A stretch of 64,000 bases of DNA from an uncultured Oscillospiraceae bacterium (GCA_964453505.1 CAYVPJ010000014.1:240-64239), one strand, 5' to 3'. Counted from the first letter of the stretch, positions 39,056 to 48,246 are shown. Notes: a model not told the origin generated them from the letters alone. Numbers and translations are program-made.

Positions 39056-41220
39056 CGTTTCACCTCCGATATGCCGAAAGAGCGGGCTTTCACGGTAACG
39101 CCGTCGGAAACAATATCCCCGTTAGAATAGTTGACGAGCACCGCGACGCCGTTATCGTACAGGACGCGCACAAGCCCGTCCTCAGACTTCTGATAATCGA
39201 CGATGCGCGCGCCCGCACACGCCGCCAGCGCGTCTTTGGCGCGCAAATACATATCGGCGAAGCCTTCGAGCCTGCCCATAGCGTAGTCGGAGTACATGGC
39301 GGCGTAAGGCGTGAACTTAACCTGCGACGGATTTTCATATATAAGCGAAAACTGCAAATCGCTTCCGCATTCAACCGCGCGCAGAAGCGCGGTCTCAACG
39401 TCGTCCAAGCGGTTTAGGGGCGTGGAGGCGTAATTGATAGAGCCGTGCAGCACCATTTGCATAAACGGTATCTCGGAATCGAACAGCTTGTGGCGGCTTG
39501 AATACAGGGGAATGTCCGTCACCGACTCCGCGTAGCCATACGCGTATGCGTTCGGGTTCGAGAGCATAAGCGGCTTGTCTTCGCTAAGTTTTTCAAGCGA
39601 CGACTCGATTTGCTTGCACACTGTCTCGAAGAACACGAAGCGTCCGTCCTTCCAGTCGTAGAACACGCTGTTTCCGAGCGACCCGGCGGCGTTGTATGCG
39701 TATTCGATGCCCTTCGCGCTTTCGGCGTAGTCGCTCGCCAAGCCCGACAGGCGGTCGGCCGAAACGACGTATTTCGGCGGCTGATCTTCGTTCGGGAACA
39801 GCGTCGAAAGCCTGTATTCATATTGATACGCGACAGACTTGTTGATGCCCTTGGCGAAATCCCACATGCTGAAGCCGTTTCCTGTTTGAGCGATGTTAAC
39901 GAAATCGGCGTTCAGATAGATAGGAATGCCCTCGCCCCGCGCGTATTCGAGCAACACGTTCAGATCGCCGAGCTTGCTCTCGGGTTCGGCTTCCGCGGGC
40001 GCTTCGCCGCCCAAGCCGCCGTCTATCCAGCCGTCGTATATGAGCGATATGTCGCAAACGCCCAGCGCTTTCAATTCGGAAAGCATTTCTTTTGCCCGTT
40101 CGAATTGCGTAAGGCTCACGACTGTGTTCACCGGCACTCCCATAACGGCCTTTTTGACAGTTACCGCGCCTGTGAGCGTCACATACATTCTCGATATGCC
40201 CGTATCCGCCCGCGCGCTGTCGAACGCGCCGCGCTTTTCAAGCACGCTTCTGTATTTATCGGCTATGGAGGCGACGTTCGCCTCGCGAACAGGGTAATAC
40301 CTTACGACAGGGTTTTGCTCAGGCAGCGCGTCGCCTATAGTGAGCGTAACGTTGCGCAGCGTGCCGCCCGCGCCAGGCAGCGACGCTGAATCGAAAAACC
40401 GCGCGTCGGGCGTGAAATATGCCGTCGTGTAGCTCGTAAGCCGCATAGACTGAGTTGCGGTTATAGTGCCCGTGCCTTCGGACATCTCGACCAGCATGGC
40501 GTTACCGTTGTTGACGATTCCGAACGCGGGCATTCTGACGGTTTCGTCAAGCTCTCCCAGAAATTGCTTCGACATCGTGAGCGACGCGCCGTACACACGC
40601 TTTGTCCAATCGCCGAAAACTGAGCGGCCGTTGTTGTAGGACAGAACCGAGCCGCAGCCGTCCGGCAGCACCAGATAGCCCTCGTCGTCCAAGCCGCCCG
40701 CGCCGAAATACGGCAGAACCGCCATCGAGTACAGATATATCTCGTCGCGCTCCGCAAGCATGTCAAGGCGCGGCTCGACTTTCATGCAGCCGTCCTCCAG
40801 CGTCACATCGACTTTGAACACGAGGTTTTCTGACGGGCGCGGAAAATCGAAAGTAAGCCGCGCGCCTGAGTCGATAGCCTCATACGAAAAGCCGTCCTTG
40901 TTGACCGAGCCGACCAGCGTTGACGCGACGAACGTCAGCCCTTCCGAATCGTACATGTTCAATACGAACATAGACTGCATGTTCGTCTTGGGTATGCCCT
41001 TGCTGTTCTTGTCTTTCGAGCCTTCGGGCGGGTTCGAATACCATATCGCGCCCGTTTGCCTGTCCTCGAGCGCCAGAGTGCCGTTTTCGGGGTTTATATA
41101 CAGCCTCAGCCCGCTGTTTTCGGCGACGGGCGCGAAGCCCTCGGCGGGTGATTCGCCTGAGGCGAAGCACAGAAGCGCCGCCAGCGCCAGTATCACCGCG
41201 AGACAGTAGAGCGGTTTCAT
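39052..41220 (-). CDS. Secreted large protein, DUF5696-like (family name from memory), possible TIM-barrel glycanase
   Basis: Signal peptide MKPLYCLAVILALAALLCFA. Central region ISLIYDGWIDGGLGG ... IPIYLNADFVNI ... IPFMQMVLHGSINY suggests a glycosidase-like barrel. RBS GGAGG. Confidence 0.55.
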   Translation of the reverse strand: MKPLYCLAVILALAALLCFASGESPAEGFAPVAENSGLRLYINPENGTLALEDRQTGAIWYSNPPEGSKDKNSKGIPKTNMQSMFVLNMYDSEGLTFVASTLVGSVNKDGFSYEAIDSGARLTFDFPRPSENLVFKVDVTLEDGCMKVEPRLDMLAERDEIYLYSMAVLPYFGAGGLDDEGYLVLPDGCGSVLSYNNGRSVFGDWTKRVYGASLTMSKQFLGELDETVRMPAFGIVNNGNAMLVEMSEGTGTITATQSMRLTSYTTAYFTPDARFFDSASLPGAGGTLRNVTLTIGDALPEQNPVVRYYPVREANVASIADKYRSVLEKRGAFDSARADTGISRMYVTLTGAVTVKKAVMGVPVNTVVSLTQFERAKEMLSELKALGVCDISLIYDGWIDGGLGGEAPAEAEPESKLGDLNVLLEYARGEGIPIYLNADFVNIAQTGNGFSMWDFAKGINKSVAYQYEYRLSTLFPNEDQPPKYVVSADRLSGLASDYAESAKGIEYAYNAAGSLGNSVFYDWKDGRFVFFETVCKQIESSLEKLSEDKPLMLSNPNAYAYGYAESVTDIPLYSSRHKLFDSEIPFMQMVLHGSINYASTPLNRLDDVETALLRAVECGSDLQFSLIYENPSQVKFTPYAAMYSDYAMGRLEGFADMYLRAKDALAACAGARIVDYQKSEDGLVRVLYDNGVAVLVNYSNGDIVSDGVTVKARSFGISEVKR

Positions 41221-41236
41221 GTGTTCAAGCCTCCTA

Positions 41237-43306
41237 TCAGCTGTACCTGTAGAGCAGTTCGCGATAAATCGTGTTTCCGAACACGTATATTTCCTGAATG
41301 AGCGAGTATACGAGCACTATCACGAACACGACTATTGCCAGACCTATCACTGTTATCAGAAGCGCGATTATCGTCCTGAAGCCTGAGTATTGGTGGACTA
41401 TGCGCACGCCCTGATATATCATTACCGCCGTCCACAGCGTAAACGCCGTACTGAGCATCATCACGAACACGTATTCTTCAATGACGACAGCGTATGAAAG
41501 CGCGACTGAAATCAAGTTCATAAACACGAGCGGCAGAAGCGAGTATGAAGTGATAATCCATATCTCCTTCATTTTGCCCTCGCCGTTCATAAGCGTGCAC
41601 ATCGCCCAGTTGACAACCACGAAGAAACACGCGGGCGCGAACGTCGAAAGCGCCGTGATAAGCACGTTATATGTCTCCGCTCGGATTACGTTGTACGTAA
41701 ACGCCGTATACTGGTCGCTTATGACGGAAGTCGCGAAGTATGCGAGCAATATAGCGAACCCCAATTTTGCGCTGCCAGCGTTTTCGAATTTTACGTCCTC
41801 AAAGCCCTTCACCGGGTGAAGCATTGAGTACAGAGCGAACCTCAGTTTGCCGCGTTTCACGATCTCATACTCTGGCTTCGCATGTCTCTTTTTCCAGACC
41901 GAGCGCGCCGCGAGCGCCGCCGCCAACGCCAACAGTCCTATGAATATAAAGGCGAAATTGTCGCGTATGAAATTCTTGCGCCATTCGCGGAACGCGTCGG
42001 AATAGTAAACGCGCGAGTCGCCGAGCCTGAAATATTGAAGCGCCGAATCGTAATCGCCGAGCTTCAGCGCGGAACGCCCGAGGCTTATGTAAGCAAGCTC
42101 GTTGTTCGCGTTCATCGCGAGCACCTGCCGCCATATCTGCGCCGCCTCTGCATAGCAGCCGTCGTTGTACAGAAGCGTGCCCTCTATCGCGAGCCTGCCG
42201 TAATCCGTCGCCTCATACAGCGTTATCGCGCCGGTTCGCGAATCGAGCAGTATAACCCGCCCGTCGGGCAGCACCTCGACCGCAGTAGGCAAAAGCGTGT
42301 TGCCTGAGTTGGAGCCGCTGCCGCCGAGCGCGCCTATCATGTAGCCCTCAATGTCGTATACGAACACGCGGTTGCGTTCAATATCGAGCGCGTACACGAT
42401 TTTATCGTGAGTGGCGACGTCAGAAAACTTGCTGTCGTACAGAACGCCGCCCACCCACTGTATTTCAAGGTCTCCGAAGTCGCTTTCGACGTATATGTTC
42501 GTGCCCTTAGGGTTCAGCGCGCGTATCTCGTTTATGGATGTTTTCTCAAAATCGCGGCCTATGGTCGCGTATATGAAGCCCTTTTCGTCAAGGAATATGC
42601 TCGAATACGCGGTGGGTATGGTGCGCACGCTCGCGCTGCGCTGTTCGTCCGACATGATGCGCTTCCAGAGGCGCTTCAAAACCATCGAAGGCGTCGGGTT
42701 TATGGTGTTCGCGCCGAAAAAGCCGAGGAACTCGCCCTTCTGGTCAAACGTGAGCATACCCTGATAACAGCCCTGCGAGAGTATGTACACAATGTCGGAA
42801 TTGTCGACTATGACCTTCTCCGGCTGATAGTTGAAGCTTGCGGACAGCAGCGCCGATTTGAAGTTTGCGAACGATGTTTTGAAATTAAGGTCTTTATCCA
42901 GCGACACGACCCTCGCGTTGCCCGTGTCCGCTATGTATATGTCCCCGTTTTCGCGCACGAATACGCCGCACGGGTTTTTAAGCACGCTCTCAGAGCCGTC
43001 TATCGTAACCGACGTTATTTCGCGCGCGAACCGCATATCCGCGCCAAGCTCTACAACGCGGTTGTTGCCGGAGTCGGCAACGAATACGCGCCCGTCGGGC
43101 GAGACGAAAATATCCTGCGGGTTTTTGAACGCGGTCGTGCCCAGCTCTGTGGCGATATATGTATTCGTAGGCAGAAACGCGTTCGGCGTTGCTACCGATT
43201 CCCCGTACACGTTGTAGTTGTACCCGCGATAACCCGATTCCCACGCGAAAGCGCACTGCGGAATAACGAGCGCGATCAAAAGAATAATCAGAATGCGTTT
43301 CAACAT
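41237..43306 (-). CDS. NHL-repeat beta-propeller + TPR + Yip1-domain polytopic membrane protein
   Basis: Signal peptide, then six NHL-like blades (FKNPQDIFVSPDGRVFVADSGNNRVVEL, LKNPCGVFVRENGDIYIADTGNARVVSL, LLPTAVEVLPDGRVILLDSRTGAITLYE and others). TPR-like segment YAEAAQIWRQVLAMNANNELAYISLGRSALKLGDYDSALQYF. One TM helix, then a 5-TM Yip1-like C-terminus. ATG at 43306 lies 8 nt after AAGGAG. Confidence 0.8.
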   Translation of the reverse strand: MLKRILIILLIALVIPQCAFAWESGYRGYNYNVYGESVATPNAFLPTNTYIATELGTTAFKNPQDIFVSPDGRVFVADSGNNRVVELGADMRFAREITSVTIDGSESVLKNPCGVFVRENGDIYIADTGNARVVSLDKDLNFKTSFANFKSALLSASFNYQPEKVIVDNSDIVYILSQGCYQGMLTFDQKGEFLGFFGANTINPTPSMVLKRLWKRIMSDEQRSASVRTIPTAYSSIFLDEKGFIYATIGRDFEKTSINEIRALNPKGTNIYVESDFGDLEIQWVGGVLYDSKFSDVATHDKIVYALDIERNRVFVYDIEGYMIGALGGSGSNSGNTLLPTAVEVLPDGRVILLDSRTGAITLYEATDYGRLAIEGTLLYNDGCYAEAAQIWRQVLAMNANNELAYISLGRSALKLGDYDSALQYFRLGDSRVYYSDAFREWRKNFIRDNFAFIFIGLLALAAALAARSVWKKRHAKPEYEIVKRGKLRFALYSMLHPVKGFEDVKFENAGSAKLGFAILLAYFATSVISDQYTAFTYNVIRAETYNVLITALSTFAPACFFVVVNWAMCTLMNGEGKMKEIWIITSYSLLPLVFMNLISVALSYAVVIEEYVFVMMLSTAFTLWTAVMIYQGVRIVHQYSGFRTIIALLITVIGLAIVVFVIVLVYSLIQEIYVFGNTIYRELLYRYS

Positions 43307-43311
43307 GCTGC

Positions 43312-44169
43312 TCACTCCTTAATGCCCGCGTGGGCCATCGTTTCCATAACGCGCGACTGCGCGAGGCAGAACGCGAGTATCGGCGGTATCATCAATATGA
43401 CTGACGAAGCCATGCCCGCGCCGAAGCGCGCTATACCCGCCGTGGCTATCTGCGAAAACGCCGTGGGCAGCGTTTTAAGCTGTTCGCTGTATACAAGCGA
43501 CCCGCCGGAGTTGTTCCACATGCCCTGAAACGTGAATATGACTAGCGTGAGCCACGCGGGCTTGACCTGCGCCATTATTATCGAGAAAAACACGCGCCAT
43601 TCGCTCGCGCCGTCTATGCGGGCGGATTCAATGACCGAAATCGGAATCTGCTCCATGAACTGCTTCATAAGGAACACGCCGAACGAACCGCCGAGCGCGG
43701 GCAGTATGAGCGCCCAGTACGTGTCTATCATGCCGAAACCGCTCAGTATGACGAACTGCGGCACGTACGTCACGCGCGATGTGAACAGGAGCGCGGTTAC
43801 GACTATGTAAAAGAGTATGCCTTTACCGGGGAAACGGTGTTTCGCCAGCGGGTACGCCGCCAAAGACGCTATGAGCACATACGCGCCCGTGCCGACGACG
43901 CTTATGAACACGCTGTTGAATATATAGCGTGAAAACGGAACCCAACTGTTCGAAGCCACGAAAAACAGGTCGGAATAGTTGTCCCACACGGGGCGCTTCA
44001 CGAAAAACTTAGGCGGATATATGAATATCTCCTCAAACGGTTTGAACGACGAAAGCACCGTATAGAGAAGCGGCACAGCCATGAACGCCGCGATTATGAC
44101 TAGCATTAAAACTACGAGCGCGTTACCGAATCGCGATCGCGATAATCTGACCCTTTTGTAGCGTTTCAT
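43312..44169 (-). CDS. Carbohydrate ABC transporter permease, MalG-like
   Basis: EAA loop VIESARIDGASEWRVFFSIIMAQV. RBS GGAGGGG. Confidence 0.9.
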   Translation of the reverse strand: MKRYKRVRLSRSRFGNALVVLMLVIIAAFMAVPLLYTVLSSFKPFEEIFIYPPKFFVKRPVWDNYSDLFFVASNSWVPFSRYIFNSVFISVVGTGAYVLIASLAAYPLAKHRFPGKGILFYIVVTALLFTSRVTYVPQFVILSGFGMIDTYWALILPALGGSFGVFLMKQFMEQIPISVIESARIDGASEWRVFFSIIMAQVKPAWLTLVIFTFQGMWNNSGGSLVYSEQLKTLPTAFSQIATAGIARFGAGMASSVILMIPPILAFCLAQSRVMETMAHAGIKE

Positions 44170-44179
44170 GCGGCCCCTC

Positions 44180-45103
44180 CTAGTGTGATACCTTGCCGAG
44201 AATAGAGCGTATAACCTGATTTATCACTATCATCGCTACGAACAGCACCACAGCCACGCTCGACGCGTAACCCATCTCGAAGCGTACCGTGCCGTAGTCA
44301 ATAATGTATGTGACTATCGTATCAGCGGCGTAATTCGTAGTGGGGAAACCCGCGAGCGACATGCATATGTCGGCGACCGAGAACGAAGCCGTTATCTGCA
44401 TTACCGCGCCGAATAAAAGCTGCGGGTACATGCTGGGCACCGTTATATACCACAACTCCTGAAAACGGTTGCGCACGCCGTCGATGGCGCCCGCCTCGTA
44501 GAGGCTTCGGTCTATCGACTGCATACCGGCTATGAAAGTCAGAAATCCCGTGCCGAGGCTGAGCCACAGCTGCACAATAATTATCACGGGAAGCACATAT
44601 TTCGTGTCGTACAGCCAGAATATGGGTTCGCGTATGACGCCGAGGCTTATCAGAAAGCCGTTCAGCAGGCCGTATATGTCGGAAGAAAATATGTATGACC
44701 AGATGAAGTAAACGCTGCCCGCGATGCTCGGCGCGTAAAATATGACGGTGAGCAGAGTGCGCGACCGGCGCGGAAGCTCGTTTATGAACCACGCGAACAC
44801 GAAGCACATTACATAGCTCACAGGGCCTGTTATCAGCGCGAACACGAGCGTGTTGCGCACGCACTTTATGAACACGTCGTCTTCGAGGAACAGTCTTATA
44901 AAGTTGTCGAAGCCCGTAAACGAGGGAAGCTGCACGAGATTGAAGTTTGTGAAGCTCAGATATATCGAAATCGCGACGGGCGCGATAGTGAACACGCTGA
45001 AGAACAGTAAAAACGGTGCCATCATGGCATAGCTTACAGCGGACAGCCGTATGCGCTTGAAAAGGCCGTCGCCCTTTGTCAGTCTTAAGGCTTTAGCTTC
45101 CAT
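44180..45103 (-). CDS. Sugar ABC transporter permease, MalF-like
   Basis: EAA loop LYEAGAIDGVRNRFQELWYITVPSM. ATG overlaps the upstream TAA by 1 nt (TAATG) after GGAGGA. Confidence 0.9.
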   Translation of the reverse strand: MEAKALRLTKGDGLFKRIRLSAVSYAMMAPFLLFFSVFTIAPVAISIYLSFTNFNLVQLPSFTGFDNFIRLFLEDDVFIKCVRNTLVFALITGPVSYVMCFVFAWFINELPRRSRTLLTVIFYAPSIAGSVYFIWSYIFSSDIYGLLNGFLISLGVIREPIFWLYDTKYVLPVIIIVQLWLSLGTGFLTFIAGMQSIDRSLYEAGAIDGVRNRFQELWYITVPSMYPQLLFGAVMQITASFSVADICMSLAGFPTTNYAADTIVTYIIDYGTVRFEMGYASSVAVVLFVAMIVINQVIRSILGKVSH

Positions 45104-47970
45104 TACTGTTCCTCCTTCGCGCCGTCAAGCCCAAATTCGACGCGCTTGCGCTGTATTTCCGCGTCCACCTGCATCATGTGCCGATAAAGCGTCTCGCGCG
45201 GATTCGTCTTGCGCGTCTCAACCTCGCGGAACGCGTTGTCAAGGCTGCGCGACATATAGTAGCCGCCGGGTATTTCGGGCAGCTCCTCTATGAACGCCCA
45301 TTGCTCGAGTATCAGTTCTTCCTCGGCGCGAGTCCAGCCCAGCTCGCGGAACGCCGCCTGATTTGCCGTGTTATACCTCGCCGCCGCGCCCATCACCGTT
45401 TCAAGCTCCCTGCCGTAGCGCGACTGTATCTCGGCGCTCGTCCACCATTTCATGAACTCCCAAGCCTCGTTCGGGTGCTCGGTGCCACCTATCATTATGC
45501 AGGCGCTGCCCGAAGCGGCTTCAGTTCTGTCTATTTCGCCGTCACCGTTCAGCGTGCCGGGGATCGGCAGCATCTTCCACAGATTGCGAATTTCAGGGGC
45601 GGCGACCGTCAGAAAGTTGTACGTCGTGTATGACGCTATGCCCATGGGCATCTCGCCCGAACGAAACCGCGTGCCGAAGTCGTAGAACACGTCGAGCTTG
45701 TAATTCGTATAAAACTCAGTCCATTCCTGAAACGCGGTTATGGCAGTGGTCGTGTCGAGCGCCGTTTTTGTCATGTCGTCGGAATAGAATTGCCCGCCCG
45801 CCTGTAAAAGCAGCGCGGGAAATATACTCTGACTGCCCATGCCGGTGTATACTAAGTCATAGGCTGTGAGCGTGCGATAGGGCAAGCCCACGCTCATGTT
45901 GTTGCGCTGTATTGTGGGCAGTATTTTATAGAAGTCCTCCCACGTGTCGGGCGGCTCTATGCCAAGCTCGCCGAATATGTCAGTGCGGTAGAACAGCATG
46001 TGAAAATCCTGCGTTTCGGGCAGCGCGTAGTGTTTGTCTAGGAACGCGTAGGGAGTCATCGCCGTTTCCGAAAAGTCAGCCGTCGCGCTTTCGTAGCCGA
46101 TAAAATCGTCCAGAGAGCGCAGCGCCCCGCGCATAGCCAAGTTGACGGGCTCTCCGCGACCCACGCCCAGCGCCACATCAGGCCCGATGCCCGTGAGTAT
46201 AGCCTGCACAAGCGTGCCCTGAACCAGCGATATATTCACCTGAATGCCCGTGCGCGGCGTAAACAGGTCGTCGACCAGCTTTTTGAGTATTTGCGCCTGA
46301 TCGCGGCCAGAACCTATCCACACTTTCAGCGTGACGGTTTCGCCCGAGTCGGAGTACACATTGCCGACCGAGTTATAGTCGTTTGTGAAAGACGATATGA
46401 ACGAAAGCGCCTCGTGCTTGAGCGAATCGCCGAAGCTCGCGTCGCCGTCGGGCAGAGCCGCGCCGGGCGCGTAAACGGCGATGTAGTCAAGCTGCAAGGG
46501 CTGATAGCGCACCTCGTACAGCCACGCCGCCAGCGACGATATGTTGTCGCGGAAGTTTTTGAGGCTGTCGGGTATGGCGTAGGGCTTTTCGGCAAACGAA
46601 TCGATTTGATCTGTCAGGCGCGTTATTATTGCGGCAGTGCCGTCGCTTTCGCCGAGCAGGTCGGTAAGGTCCGCAAGCAGTTTATCAAGCTGCGCATTTG
46701 CTTGCTTCAAGCTCGGTATCAGGTTCGGTATCTGGCTTTCGAGCACGTAGTCGACATATGGGTCGGGCGACGCACCGGTTATCATCACGATCTTTCTGTA
46801 TATCGAGTTAAGCGCGTATACCGCCTCGTCGACTCCAGAAAACAATTCCGCCATGTCGCCCGGCGTGACCTCCATAGTGAGCGTGTGTTCGCCCGCCGCA
46901 AGGTATATCTCGAACGGCTCGTCTCCGCCGAGCGTTTTAATCTGAAAGCTTCCGTCGTAATCGAATTTCACGCCGCGCATTTCTGCGAACGGACACTTGC
47001 CGTCTATGTATATGTTTCTGCTTGAAAAGAAACCGCGCACATAGCGCTGCAAATAGCGCATCGAAATCGAATACCGCCCGTTTTCGGGTATAGTGAACTT
47101 CCAAGTCACAGTCTGCCCGACATACTGCCAGCTTTCGCCGCCCAGCACATTTATACGGATTTCCGACGGGTGATAAGGCTGCGTCGCGGGGCTGGAACGG
47201 TCGGTTTGCGGGGCTATGGACGAGTCGCTTTTGTACGCCGCCGCCTCCGCCTGTATTATCTGAACATATCCCTCGGGCGCGCGCGTATCGGGCGCTGATT
47301 TTATGTATTCAGCGTATGGAATTTCAGGCGATTCGGCGAATATGCGTATCTGATCGAGCACGAACCTTTCTCCGAAGCTTATAAGCTCGACGCTGTGCTC
47401 GCCCTTAGTCAAATAAAGTTTCAAAGAGCCTTTGTTCATGCCGTCGCCGTCCGCGAACGCGCGCGTGTTCCACATCGGTTTCTCTGTCTGCGACGGGCTT
47501 ATCTGATTGCCGCGGTTGTCCGACTGTATTTCGCCCGCGTCCTCCCACATGCGCGGAAACACGAACGAGCGGGCTTCGTTATACGGATACGCCCCGTCGA
47601 GCGTCAGCGCGACCTCGACCGAACCGTTCACGCCCTGCACGGGGAAGTACGTCATTTCATACGCGTACAGCCCTTCGCTTTCGACGTTGAACGTGAACCT
47701 CGCCGTTCCCGTACCCGACAAAAAGTCGACCGCGCCGTCGCTGCCCGCGTAGCCCGTGAGCGGAGTCACGTCGCCGGAAACGGGCTGAGCCTGCGCGCCG
47801 TCGAGAATTATTTCGCCTGCGCCGTCGACGGCCTTTGCGCCTAAGCGCCTTATATACATAGCGTATGTGTTTCCGCGATCGTATTCGGCTTCGGCGGCGC
47901 TTTCCGCTCCGCATACCGCCGCCGTCGTCGCGAGGGCGAGAGATAACAGACATGCCAATAGTCGTTTCAT
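45103..47970 (-). CDS. Giant (about 955 aa) solute-binding protein: two CBM6/35-like modules + helical linker + CUT1 SBP domain
   Basis: ATG at 47970 follows GAGGGA. Signal peptide MKRLLACLLSLALATTAAVCGA. Two beta-sandwich modules (FTFNVESEGLYAYEMTYFP...; WKFTIPENGRYSISMRYLQ...). C-terminal half has SBP_bac_1-like sequence (VTLKVWIGSGRDQAQILKKLVDD...). The ORF-track extension to 48096 is rejected. Confidence 0.85.
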   Translation of the reverse strand: MKRLLACLLSLALATTAAVCGAESAAEAEYDRGNTYAMYIRRLGAKAVDGAGEIILDGAQAQPVSGDVTPLTGYAGSDGAVDFLSGTGTARFTFNVESEGLYAYEMTYFPVQGVNGSVEVALTLDGAYPYNEARSFVFPRMWEDAGEIQSDNRGNQISPSQTEKPMWNTRAFADGDGMNKGSLKLYLTKGEHSVELISFGERFVLDQIRIFAESPEIPYAEYIKSAPDTRAPEGYVQIIQAEAAAYKSDSSIAPQTDRSSPATQPYHPSEIRINVLGGESWQYVGQTVTWKFTIPENGRYSISMRYLQRYVRGFFSSRNIYIDGKCPFAEMRGVKFDYDGSFQIKTLGGDEPFEIYLAAGEHTLTMEVTPGDMAELFSGVDEAVYALNSIYRKIVMITGASPDPYVDYVLESQIPNLIPSLKQANAQLDKLLADLTDLLGESDGTAAIITRLTDQIDSFAEKPYAIPDSLKNFRDNISSLAAWLYEVRYQPLQLDYIAVYAPGAALPDGDASFGDSLKHEALSFISSFTNDYNSVGNVYSDSGETVTLKVWIGSGRDQAQILKKLVDDLFTPRTGIQVNISLVQGTLVQAILTGIGPDVALGVGRGEPVNLAMRGALRSLDDFIGYESATADFSETAMTPYAFLDKHYALPETQDFHMLFYRTDIFGELGIEPPDTWEDFYKILPTIQRNNMSVGLPYRTLTAYDLVYTGMGSQSIFPALLLQAGGQFYSDDMTKTALDTTTAITAFQEWTEFYTNYKLDVFYDFGTRFRSGEMPMGIASYTTYNFLTVAAPEIRNLWKMLPIPGTLNGDGEIDRTEAASGSACIMIGGTEHPNEAWEFMKWWTSAEIQSRYGRELETVMGAAARYNTANQAAFRELGWTRAEEELILEQWAFIEELPEIPGGYYMSRSLDNAFREVETRKTNPRETLYRHMMQVDAEIQRKRVEFGLDGAKEEQ

Positions 47971-48246
47971 ATAAAAAATTCCCTCAAATCGTCTGTCGTA
48001 TGCCATATATCCGTCTCTAATGTTAATGATACAACCAACTTCGCAAAAACGATATACACGGAATCTATCAATTTGTACCATTCTCATGCCGCACATAACA
48101 TTCGCGGCCGCACGAACGCCGCGCAGCCTTGCGTTTCAAACGGCGCATTTATATTGCAATTATGCTTCCTGTCTGTGCGCATAAGCGCCGGCCTGTTTTC
48201 GGACAAACCCCGCGCCCCGCCTTGAAACGCGTGAAATTGTAGCTTT

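Noticed and set aside
41031-41040. T-loop-like strings (GGTTCGAAT at 41031..41040; GGATTCGAAC at 11797..11806) that might signal tRNA genes.
   Set aside because: Both lie inside well-supported CDSs, with no acceptor or anticodon stem context. No tRNA or rRNA gene was found in the window.
48131-48229. 9-nt inverted repeat (GCGTTTCAA ... TTGAAACGC) separated by about 80 nt upstream of the giant SBP operon, considered as an operator.
   Set aside because: It is short, widely spaced and could arise by chance in 64 kb. No cognate regulator is adjacent.
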